A DNA stretch of 64,000 nucleotides from an uncultured delta proteobacterium (GTDB lineage: Bacteria; Myxococcota; Myxococcia; Myxococcales; 40CM-4-68-19), in contig CAIWCD010000001.1 in NCBI GenBank assembly GCA_903911145.1, forward strand, positions 1-64,000, written 5' to 3'. The notes under the pieces are model-generated. The model was given only the letters and a program-made list of their open reading frames with translations. It had not been told where the DNA came from and did not search any database. How positions within the stretch are numbered: position 1 is the first letter of the stretch; every line of letters begins with the position of its first letter. The position numbers were made by a program, and so were the translations under genes. Below are positions 8,901-19,200 of the stretch, in pieces.

Positions 8901-10170
8901 CGATCAGACCGGCGGGTTGGGAACGCCGCACTTCCTCCACGGAATGAACAGCTACGCAGCGCTGCCGCAGACGACGTCGCCGATCGCCATCTGGGGAGAG
9001 GTGCTGCCGGTCGCGACCCCCGGCGCGGGCTCAACCGAGACGACGTTTGAGCGGCTCTACTACGCCAACTACTCGGGCAGCACGGTGACGCCCGTCCAGA
9101 TCAACCAGCTGGCGTTCGCGTCGATCGGGAACAAGGGAGCCTTCGCGCAGCTCGCGGCGGAGAGCGTGACGGCCAATGCGATCTTCTTCCTCGGAGAGGA
9201 CGGCAGCGGCGAATTCTCGCTCTTCAAGCAGACCTTCGATGGCTCGGCCTCAGCGCAGCGCCTCGTGCAGGGCGTGACCAACTGGCAGCTGCGCGAGGAC
9301 GTCGCGCGCCAGATCGTGCTCCGCTCGGACGGAACGATCCTGGCCGGTTCGCTGAGCGGCGGCGCGGCACTCTCCACGCTCTACAAGGGAGACTCGGGCG
9401 CAGAGCTCAACGTGTCGCTGATGCCGCTGGCGGGTTTGACGCCGGACGGAAACCACGCGTGGGCGTTGGTGCACGTGGGAGAGCTCTATATGGGAAATAC
9501 ACAGCTCCTCCAGAGCACGCTCCTCTCGTTCGATCTGGCAAGTGCATCGTTGACGCGCACCGATTGGGGCGAGACGATCAACCAGGTGATGCAGGCATCG
9601 GGTCCTTACCTGGTCTCGATTGGCAGCACTGCTTCGACGATCTATGGAATCGATCGCGCGTCGATGAACGAGGATATGCCGCGGGCTTTCAGCGCGGCGG
9701 CGGCGACGGGCGCGACCAATCACAGCGAGCTGAAGCTCTCTGTCGTCGGCTCCCGCTCCAATGGCCAGACGCGGGTTTCTCTCGACCTGAATGAGGCGAT
9801 CTTCGAGCCGCTCGGCGTCGACGTGACGGCGGACGTAACGACGGCGCAGTTCTATTCCTCCGAAGCGGCAATCACGAGCCAGACCTCGGGCCGCGTGCAG
9901 CCGGACGCCCCGATCTATGGGCCGATGCACCTGCCGCAGTGGGAGATCGCCGAGATGAACGGCTCGGGCATCTTCAAGCAGTTCGGCGGCGCGGCGTTCC
10001 ACCCGTTGATCAACATCGCGGCTGGCGGGACCATCAGCGCTCAGCAGGCCCGGTTGACGCCCGACTTCAGCGAACTGCTCGGAGGGTTCACCAACAGCGT
10101 GACCGGTTACGGCTACGTGATGAAGCTGCCCGGCATCGGGTCGACGCTTCCGACGCCCGCGCCGCAGTAG
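5986..10170 (+). CDS. Large lipoprotein with four Stig1/MXAN_6577-like Cys-rich repeats, a DAG linker and a probable C-terminal beta-propeller-like region
   Basis: Lipobox LLTA-C; repeats DPNNCGGCGNVC, DPNHCGECDTRC, DPLNCGACGNAC, DPNNCGACG; SDAG repeats; blade-like motifs VSDDQTKVLF, LTPDGNHAW, LTPDFSELL. Confidence 0.85.
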   Translation: MTRSFQSFSAVTALAAALLLTACGPSTKPPPGFTSCASPEVICLPPGGGAAACINIANDPNNCGGCGNVCEAPGFGGTATCVLGSCTPVCPGSETVCGIGPSGHAGRSLSDDAGVSDAGTSDAGASDAGAGTGSTTVATLVCIDTATDPNHCGECDTRCLDTQVCHAGACVPAGIPGQGATACGTQADGGVIYKNLEIDPLNCGACGNACAANEICLGGACDPCGFEACNNTCVDLNTDPNNCGACGVAVAAGGSCNNGKPWTVPVVSIATPTTLTLSAPLIPAGLPTIGVTVESGVRLASVQVVAVLSVFTNNNTTLTVTTSNPLKLQLTGDANVSPTTWSFPWNTSDLGQGLTIASTLVNNAPSGSVNGPMTAIPATPNGGTAANVKLTFTAFDEQYMAGRSDAASHESVALVVNSNVATVQTFTSQPLAPPTMETPARALATGSWVPLNGAPITIHQSLATTSTLSTLTPSNIVGVEFHSMVTAQDVTLGGTNSVIPISNTGPAAITVNPNDLGVGVRTIQAKLVDIFGNRLVGGPTVTLTVGDVRTAPGTLPVLAHGTDGIDAIWMYSPNVASAACGTVAPIFAQDATKTAADPTKVGSAIGTASYCLGKELVETFESSGVFGIRADGTGIDRLDAMKPPATTPYIAAPQGVTFANIESSSISGQALAVEDTTGSPWYAIAGADGGDAAPEQIADAGAVVPVASFTGTPAARFTASSSGALWGWVRSTPASSTQYQLALFHPAIGNAGAHIKSYAAAASSTPTAMTVFPGGEYVWQETTNTGVISLGAGRFDGVNPPVDVTNGSLTVAGTAATYAGDAFPVGYKATTGIASNSAGGFFVPKAGVIVGYTPSATTTTATINPAGRANRNTAAVVPAGNEIIEIDLTGATAKIYQPLQMNLNTTNARPLVGNLGAVASRWGVSTFTVSDDQTKVLFVTSDPVTGGPNTFSVHLLDLATGTQTQLFTSPYLDQTGGLGTPHFLHGMNSYAALPQTTSPIAIWGEVLPVATPGAGSTETTFERLYYANYSGSTVTPVQINQLAFASIGNKGAFAQLAAESVTANAIFFLGEDGSGEFSLFKQTFDGSASAQRLVQGVTNWQLREDVARQIVLRSDGTILAGSLSGGAALSTLYKGDSGAELNVSLMPLAGLTPDGNHAWALVHVGELYMGNTQLLQSTLLSFDLASASLTRTDWGETINQVMQASGPYLVSIGSTASTIYGIDRASMNEDMPRAFSAAAATGATNHSELKLSVVGSRSNGQTRVSLDLNEAIFEPLGVDVTADVTTAQFYSSEAAITSQTSGRVQPDAPIYGPMHLPQWEIAEMNGSGIFKQFGGAAFHPLINIAAGGTISAQQARLTPDFSELLGGFTNSVTGYGYVMKLPGIGSTLPTPAPQ

Positions 10171-10195
10171 TCCGCGCGAGCAGTTGCTCCAGTTC

Positions 10196-10234
10196 GAGGC
10201 CGCCGCGGGGAGACTCGCGGCGGCCTCTTTTTTT
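10196..10234 (+). terminator. Rho-independent terminator
   Basis: GAGGCCGCCGCGGG-GAGA-CTCGCGGCGGCCTC: 14-bp stem with one G.U pair and a GNRA loop, followed by T7, 25 nt after the lipoprotein stop. Confidence 0.93.
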
Positions 10235-10251
10235 GCCCGGACGCGTGGGTG

Positions 10252-13200
10252 TCACCTCGGGCCGCGATGGAACAACGGGCGTCGCAGGGTGAGCCGGCGT
10301 GAACGGCACATTGCCAGAATCAGAATACCAAGCAGCGCCAGAACCGTCGGCTCGCTGCTCGAGGAACACCCTCCCCCGCCCGGGCGCGCGCTGGTTAACT
10401 GATACTTAATCGTCGCCGGTGTCAGGGTAACGCCATCGATGGTGCCCGTGATCTGATCCGTCCCGCTCCTCACCGAGGTGAGCTGCGAGACGAACGTGCC
10501 CGCAAAGTTCGTCGTCCCGGTCGCCGGCAAGAGCTTGCCCAGCCTGGCCGAAAGAGTGACCTCGCGATCGTGCGCCGCCTCTCCGCAGGTCGTCATTCCA
10601 ATGACCGACACCGTAGCTGCAGCGATCCCATCTGGCGACAGGACCGTCTTATCGAGCTGAAATCCACTATGCGCGGGATCAATCGCCGGGCACGTGAACG
10701 TCACCGTCAGATCGGAAGGGCCAACGGCCACGCCATTGGCGAAGACGCTGACGGGAATTGGATTCGGGCTACACGCGAATGCCGTAAACGACCCGACAAA
10801 GGCGTCGCCAACGCGGGTGAATGTCCCGATTGCCAGCGCTCCCGCGGCACTGTCGAGACTGACCGCGCCGTCGCCACCGAGCGGCTGTCCCGCGGCATCG
10901 CGCGGCACCACCGTGATCTGCACCTGGTCGCGGCTCTCATCGTCGCAGCGCACCACCGTCGTCGCCGACAGCGCGACACTCGTCTTCTCCGGCGAGACCG
11001 GCGCGCAACTCACCGCAATGGTCAACGGCGCCTGAAGCAGAATGCGATTCACCTGCGCCGTTACCTGAATGCTCGTGCCAACGGCAAGACAACTCGTAGC
11101 CGATAGTTCGGCGGTATAGGTGCCGTCGCCCTGATCGACCACCGCCGTCACCTGCGCGGGGCTCGGCGCGCTCATCGCGACGCCGGTTAATCCCGCACCG
11201 ATTGCATTGCCGCACGAATCGCGCGGCGTCAGCGTCAGATGCGCAACTCCGTCGAGGCTTTCAATCGTCGGCGTCGAACTGACAAGCGTGCTCTGCGTGG
11301 CATCGAGCGGGCCAGTCAGAATCGTCAGCGATTGAGTCGCGGCATTCGCCAATGCGGATTGCGAAGCGGTTGTCTGGAACGTCTCGACAACCTGGTCGCA
11401 GACCGTAACCGTCGCACTGCCGTTGCTCGCGAGCGAGCCGCTGATCGACTGGGCAGGCAGGGATCCCTGCAGTTCACCGAGGCTCGTCTGCGTGATCTGC
11501 GCCGCACCGCCAGTGGCGAGCTGAATATTGCCGAATGAATTGGATACGCGATTCCCCGCGCCATCCACGAGTTGAAGATTCAGATCGCGGCATCCGCAGG
11601 TGTAGCTCGTTGAACCCTGCGGCGTGAACACCAGCGCGACGGGCGCTCCCGCCTGCACGACAATCCCGCCTTCGGTTCCGCTGATCGTCGAATCGTTCTG
11701 GCTGGTGGCCGTAACGCTCTGCGTGCCGACGCTGTTGAGCGTCACGGCAAAGACGCCCACTCCCTGCACCAGCGGCGCCGCGATGCCGAGCAGTGCCGCA
11801 CCATCGCTCGAGGAGAGTATGACGTTGCCGGTGAAGCTGGTCGCGACACTCCCGCTCCCATCGAGCGCACGGATGGTCACTGACGACGCGCTTCCCGCGG
11901 CAATCGGGCTGGGGATCCCGCTGACCGACAACCGAACCGCCGTCCCCGAGAGCACCGCTTCGTGGAATGTAATCGTATTCGTCGGCGCGCTTCCGAATGG
12001 TGCAGTGGCCGTATACGTCGTCGCCCCGTCGTTGCTACCGAGTGTCGCAAAGGCCTGCGCAAACCCCTGCGAATCGGTCGGCACGCTGCTCGGCGCAATG
12101 CTTCCGCTCTCTGCCGCGAAGGCGATCGCCTTTCCCGCGACCGGATTGGCATAGGCATCGGTAACCTGAACGCGCAGGGGCTGAACCAGCGTGCTGTTCG
12201 CGGCCCCGCTCTGGCCGCTTCCGGATACCAGCGCGATATGCGACGCCGTCGCGGCCGTCACAACCACCAGCGCACTCGACGAGGCCAGCACGTTGTTCGG
12301 ATCGGACAGAGCGATCGCCTGCGTCCCGGCGCTCTTGAGCACGACATTAAATATGCCCGCGCCGTTGCTTAATGTCGGGCTGGATGGAAACGATGCAGCG
12401 CCATCGGTCGACGAGAACGCAACGGGCCCGCTGAATGAAGTCACCTTGTTGCCGCTGCCATCATAAGCGGTCGCGTTGACCACGAACTGGGTGCCGGCAG
12501 CAATCGACGCCGGCGCACCCGAAAGCACGAGGCGAGTCCCGCTGCCAGCCGCACCCGTCTCGCTATAGGTTAATGGCGAATTGGTTAATCCAGCGACTGC
12601 GGCATTAAACGAGTTGGCGCCGACCACCGGGGCCAGCGATGCAAGCGCCTGCACCTGCCCGTTGGCATCGCTCGTCACCACCGACGGATTGACGCTCGCG
12701 CCCGCGGTGAGTGCGGAGAAACTGACCGAGACGCCCTGCACCGGATTCCCGCTGGCGTCGCTGATGCTCGCCAGGAGCGGCTTTGCGAGCACGCTACCCG
12801 CCACCCCGCTCTGCCCGCTGCCACTGACGGCCGCGCTCGTCACGTAACTGATCCTCGCCGCCACGCCAGCATTTGCCGTCTCGGGATAGTTCACCGTGTT
12901 CGAGGCGAAGGCGGCAGTGGCAGTAAACTGCTGCATACCCGCAACGGTCCCGAGCGTCGCCGTTGTCTGCGCGAGACCTGAACCGTCGCTGGTCACGCTG
13001 CTTGGCGAGACGGATGCCGATCCGCTATTTGCTGGAGCAACAAACGTGACGCTCTGATTGGCGACGCGATTGCCATATTGATCGGTCGTCGTCACGACCA
13101 GGGGCGCGCCCAATGCAGTCCCGGCGGTTCCATTCTGGTTCGCGCCGGAGACATAGACGAGTTTGGCCGCCGCACCTGATTGGGCGGTGACCTGCAATGC

Positions 13201-16200
13201 AACCGGCGAGCCCGACAGACCTGTGCTGGTCGCCGTAAAGGTATATGCGCCGCCAATCGTCCCGACGGTGGCGAAGGCCTGCGCGAGGCCTGTCGCTGAA
13301 CTGGTCACAGTAACCGGGGCGGCAATGGAACCGCCGCCAGTAACTGCGGCAAACGTAACGCTGGTTCCGCCGACGGGATTGCCCGATGAGTCAACCACCT
13401 GAATGACCAGAGGCGCGGCGGCCGCTGTGCCGACCGTTGCCGTCTGGCCGCTTCCCGAGGCGAGCAGCAATTGTGCGGCGGCGCTGCTGGCGACGCTCGT
13501 GCTCTCGCTTCCCGCAATGGTGCTGAATGAAGCATCGGTCGCGGTCACGGTCCGCAGTCCGGCGGTGCGAAGCGTAATCGGAAAGATCCCGGTGCCGTTG
13601 GTCAGCGCGCTCGACGAAGGCAGTGCCGCGCGAGTATCAGTCGAGGTGAAGTTAATCGGCCCGGTGTAATCGGTCGCAACATTCCCATACCGATCAACCG
13701 CGGTCACTGTGACGTTGCTCGTGCTGCCGGCAGTCATCGGAGAAGGCAAGCCGGTAACGGTCAACTGCGCGGCGGGGCCGGCGGTGCCCGTGGCCGATAT
13801 CGCGACGGGCGAACCGGTCAACCCGCTCGAAGACGCGGAGAAGGTATTGGAACCTGCAACCGTCGCGAGAGTTGCGACCGAACGCGCCTGCCCGCTTGCG
13901 TCGCTCGTCACAATGGCCGGGTTCGCACTTCCGCTCGACGGACTCGCAGAAAAGAGAACCGAAGCGCCCTGCACCGGATTGGAATAGGCATCGCTGACGA
14001 GGACGACCAATGGATTGGCCAGCGCGCTCCCAACCGCGCCCGTCTGGCCGCTGCCGCTGACATAAGAGAGCTGCGTGGCAGCCCCTGCGATCGCAGTTGC
14101 GGAATAGGTCACCACGTTGCTGGCAAACCCCGCCGTCACCTTGAATTGCTCTGCGCCCGCGGTCGTCCCCAGCGTCCCGACCGAGGATGCGAATCCAGCG
14201 CCATCGCTCGTCACACTCGAAGGAGAGACCGATCCGGTGCCCGCGGCGCTCGGCGCAAACGTGACGTTCTGATTCGGGACGCCATTGCCATATTGATCGG
14301 TCGTGCTGACGATAAACGCAGCGGACAGTGGCGCGCCAACGGTGCCGCGCTGGTTCGAGCCCGAGATATAGACAAGCTTTGCAGCAGAACCCGCCTGCGC
14401 GTTGGCCTGCATCACAACCGGCGAGCCCACCAGGCCGGCGCTGCTCGCAGTAAATGAATAGACACCGACGATTGTTCCGACAGCGACGGTATCCTGCGCG
14501 AGGCCAGCAGCATTGGTCGATACCGTCGCGGGCTGCCCAACCGATCCGCCGGTGGTCGCAGCGGCGAACGTGACGTTGGTTCCGGAGACGGGATTTCCCG
14601 CCGCGTCGACGACGGCGACCACCATGGGCGCGGTCGCCGCGCTCGCGACCGCCGGGGTCTGGCCTGAACCCGAAACGAGCACGATCTGCGCTGCGTTTCC
14701 ATTCACAACAGTCGTGCTGATATTGCCGCTCGGTCCGGGATAGGAAACGTCGGAGACGTAGACCGTGCGCGATCCGGCGGTGCGCAGCGTGACGGGAAAC
14801 GCCCCGACTCCATTGGTGAGCGCGCTCGCGCCGGGCAAGGTTGCACGCGGATCGGTCGAACTGAATTGAACCGGGCCGGTGTATCCGGTGGTCGCGTTGC
14901 CATACCGATCAAACGCCGAGACCGTAATGGTGCTGGTCGTTCCCGACACCAGCGTCGGCGAAGGAAGTCCCGTCACGGTAAGCAGGGTCGTCTGCCCCGC
15001 AAGCGACGTCGCCGGGATATTCAGTGAATATCCATTCATCGCGCTCGAGGTGACTGTGAAGTTCGACGAACCCGCGACGGTGCTCACCGTGCCGTAGGAG
15101 CTCACGAGTCCCGTCGCCGCTGTCGAAATGGAATTGGGGGCCGCACTCGCTCCGGCGTGCGTGGAAGCAATGCTCAGCGGTGTATTTGGCGCAGCATTTC
15201 CATAGGCATCGAACGCTGCAATCACGAATGGATTCGGCAAGGCCGCTCCGGCCGCTGCGCTCTGCCCGCCTCCAGAGATCAGCGCGAGCGAAGACGGCGC
15301 GCCCGCCGCAATCTGCACGGTCACCTGCGAATAGAGCTGCGGTGTCACGGTATCCTGCGCGACGACATACTGACTTCCCGCGGTCTTCAATGTCACTGCG
15401 AACTGGCCGACGCCGTTGGTCAGCTTCGCGTCGCCCCCCAGAACGGCCTGTCCATCGCCGGAACGCAGATGGACTGTGCCGGAATATGAGCCCGCTACGA
15501 ATCCAAATGCGTCGAGAGCCGTAACGGTGAGCGTCTGGGCCGTGCCAGCAGCCGCCGAGACGACCCCGGAGAGCGCGAACTGCCGCGCCGCGAGATTGGA
15601 GACGCAGCCGGAGCCGGAAGTGGAATACGGGATATCCGCGACATAGTAGGTCGCAGGCGTGGTTGCGGGGCTGACCGTGACATTCCCGTTGATCAGGTCG
15701 CCGGTCCCACCTGGATTGTTGACGACGGTCGGTCCCGTCGTCGTGCCCCAATAGTTGTTGGTCGCATCGACGGTGTGAGCGGAGGCGTTATTAAAACCCG
15801 CACTGGCATTGAAGCAGATGCGATTGTTGTTCACCAGGCCGTTCGCGCCATTGAGCTGGATTCCATATTGCGAGTTGCCGTGGACCAGCGAGTTGTAGAT
15901 CTGAGCATTGTTGCCATTCACGACAATTCCGTTCTGTCGATAGTCGGCAGTGACGTTGCTCAGATAGAGACCGTCTCCATTGATGTTGATCCCATTTCCG
16001 ATCCCCCCGGACGACGGGCCGCTCACGTCGACATTCTGGATCGTACCGAGTGTCAGACTGCCGGTGATTCCACCCTGCGTTCCCCCGCTGAAGTCATTTG
16101 CCGGCAAGCCGACCGGAGCGCCGTCGATGAGAATGTTGGAATTCGGATTTCCAAACGAGATTGGCTGCAGACTTCCGCTGGTGCTCACACCCGACATCGT

Positions 16201-19200
16201 CAACCCTCCCGTATAGCTCTGGAAGAAGAGGCCCGGGCCGTTGCCGTTCTTCATCGTCACATTGGAAACCGTGGCGTTGCTCATGTATGCCAATTCAAGA
16301 CCGGCGCTGTTGAAGTTGTCGAATGTGGAATTGCTGATCGAGCCCACCGGCGAGAAGCCGCTCATGGCGACAAATGCACCATAGTTGTGTCCGTTGCCGT
16401 TGACGTTGTTGAGCGTCAACTGGGTGCAGTACTGGCAGAGGATCGCATACCCCTGCCGATAGTTCGCCGCGCCCGAGGGCAGCGATAGATTCATATTCGA
16501 GAGAGAGACTGCCCAGGCATTGTTCAAATACACGCCCGTCGTGTTCCCCGAGAAGATGAGCCCTGCGGTTGCATTGTCGATCGTGAGTCCGGAGGAGCCG
16601 CTCTGCAACGTGAGTGCAATCACGCTGCCCGTGAGATCAATTCCGGAGACGACCATTGCGGACGCGGCCCCGAACACAAGCCCGCTGGTTCCATTCCTGG
16701 CCGAGCCGCCGCTGACCGTATATCCGAGCCCGTTCGCGAGGAAGAGACCGGCAGTGAGGCAGTTGTCGGCAGTGATATTCGTCAGCGTGTCATTCGCGAG
16801 TCCGCTCTGTCCGCTGATGGAGACTCCGTAGGAGCGATTGGACGCGTTGATGTTCCTCAGCGTCGAGCCGACGAGATTGCCCTGAACGCCGTATCCGTTC
16901 GGACTGCTCGCAGATAGATCCAGGTCGGCAATCACCAGTCCGCTGTTGGTTCCATTGAGATAGATTCCTGTCCCGTCGCCCGCAAACGTGTCGCCAAGAC
17001 TGTTTCCGTTCGCGTCTTTTCCATCGAACGTCCAGTTGGTCACCGTATTGATATTGACGCCGGCCGCCGAGTTGGAAACATCGAGATGATCGATGCTCGG
17101 GCCGGAATTGGTGTTGTAGAGCAGGAGTCCGTAGGTGGTGTTGTTGCTCAGCGTGACATGGGAGAGCGCTCCGCCGGTTGTGGCGGCGAGATAGATTCCC
17201 GTCCTGCCGTGAGTCGCGGAGGAGTTTGTCACTGTCGGGTTGGCGCCGGTCAACTGCATGCCGGTGTTCTTCTGCGTCACCACGACGTTGTTAACCACGA
17301 TATTCGAAGCTGAGAGGAGCAGCCCATTATCGCCGTTGTAGAGTCCCGTCCCTGTGAGGGTCAGGTTGGAAATCGAGACCCCTGACGAGTAGTTGGCGTA
17401 GATACCCGTGGCGGTGCCCGTAAAGTTGTTCGGCGTCGCGTGGTCGTCATAGGTGACCGCGGTCATTGTATTGAAGTAGATGGCGGTATTCGTATTGGTG
17501 AAATCGTTGCCCGTGGCCGTGCCGCCATACGAGTTGTAGAACAGGATTGCAGTCCCGTTATTCTGCAGCGTATTTCCAGAGGCGATCGCCCCTCCGCCCT
17601 GCGGGCTGTTCAATAGGTAGAGAGCGTCGTTCACGTTGTTATTCGCGACGCAGTTGCTGACGACGTTGAAGCCACCCGCCAGTTGGATGCCATATCCGCG
17701 ACTGTTGGCCGTTACATGATCGATCGTCGTGTAGTCGCCGTTGATGACGACGCCGTAGTTGTTGGAGTTGTTATAGGTGGCCAGCGTGCCGCTGACGTTG
17801 ACGCCCCGAATGGTCAGATGCTCGTTTGTGTTTCCACTGATCCCCGCATAGAGGTTCGAACCAAAGAGATTGCCGCTCCCGTGCGCGGTCGTAGCGTCGA
17901 ACGTCAAGTTGGTCGTACTGGAGATCGACATCGCAGTGATTGCACCGCGGAAGTCATTGTTGGTGATTGTAACGTTCGCGTTGGAGGGGTCGCTCGCGCT
18001 GTTGATCTGCAGAGCAGTTGCGCCGCCACCAAGGACGTTGTTGTCGATCACGTCATTGACCGCGGTCCCCACCTGGAGCGCAATGCCAGCGGGCGGCACC
18101 GCCAGAGTCACATTCTCAATGGTGCTGTTCGGACCTATCACCCAGATACCGTTGTAATGCCCTCCGGCAGTCGAGGTGATGGTGTTGACTGCGATGCCCG
18201 AACCGGAGACAGCAATGAGAAAATTGGACGTATTGTTGTACGAAGGATTGTTCCCGTTCAGGTTCCAGTTGGAGATGGTCAGATTGGTCGCATTGGAGGC
18301 CCCGAGCTCCGCATAGGAACTGTTCTGGACCAGGTTGCTCCCGGCGAGGTTATCAAGCGTAACGCCGGTCGTCGTGTTCAGGTTCACGCCGATATTGTTT
18401 CCCTGTGCGGTGTTGCCGGTGAACGTCAGCGCGCTCCCGATGGTGTTGAGAGTGAATCCGTTGTTCGATGCAGTCACCGTTGAGTTGGTGACGCTGGTCG
18501 AGGTCGAGTTCGTCACAAAGACGCCCGCCTGGGTGCAGTTGGATGCGGTGACGTTGTTGATGACGGTATTGCCGCCACCACCAGCGCTGATTGCGACGCC
18601 GTAATAGCCGCGCCCTTGCGAACTGGAGTTGGTCACCGAAACACCGGTCCCGGAGACGTTAATGCCGTAATTGACGCCACTGTTGTAGCCGGGGTTCGGC
18701 CCAACGTCGGTGACTTTGGTCAACGTGACATTGGTGAGATTGGTTCCATAAACCCCCTGATACGGATTGCTGAAGGTCAACCCGCTGGCGTCAAGTGTCG
18801 TCGAGGCAGTCGAGGAGCCGACGGTATTGAGCTGCATGCCGATCACTGCATTCGCGAGCGTGGTGGTCGACGTCGCGAGCGCGCCGGTGAACGAGAGGAG
18901 ATAGAGACCAATCGCGCCGCCGGTCAGCGTGTTCCCTGTCAGCGTCGCGCCAACGCCGCTCAGCTCGAGATTGACGGTCGACCCATTGGTCGCCGTCACA
19001 TTCGTAATCACCTGCGCGTCGCAGGCCGAATAGATTCCCGTCACGCGATTCTTTGCGCTCACATTGATGATCGAGCAATTCTGCGAAAGGCCCGCGGAGT
19101 CCTCGGCGATCTGGATTCCGGTCCCCGACACGGCGCCGTTCGAGTCGACCGTGAGATTCTGGATGGTGATGTTCTTCTGGTTCTTTGCGTAGACGGCCGT

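Noticed and set aside
4169..8940. Long antisense ORFs (604 aa and 900 aa; similar ones at 19711-21399, 21135-22832, 37634-39025, 49979-51421)
   Set aside because: Shadow frames of real high-GC genes; Arg/Ala-rich with no recognisable motifs.
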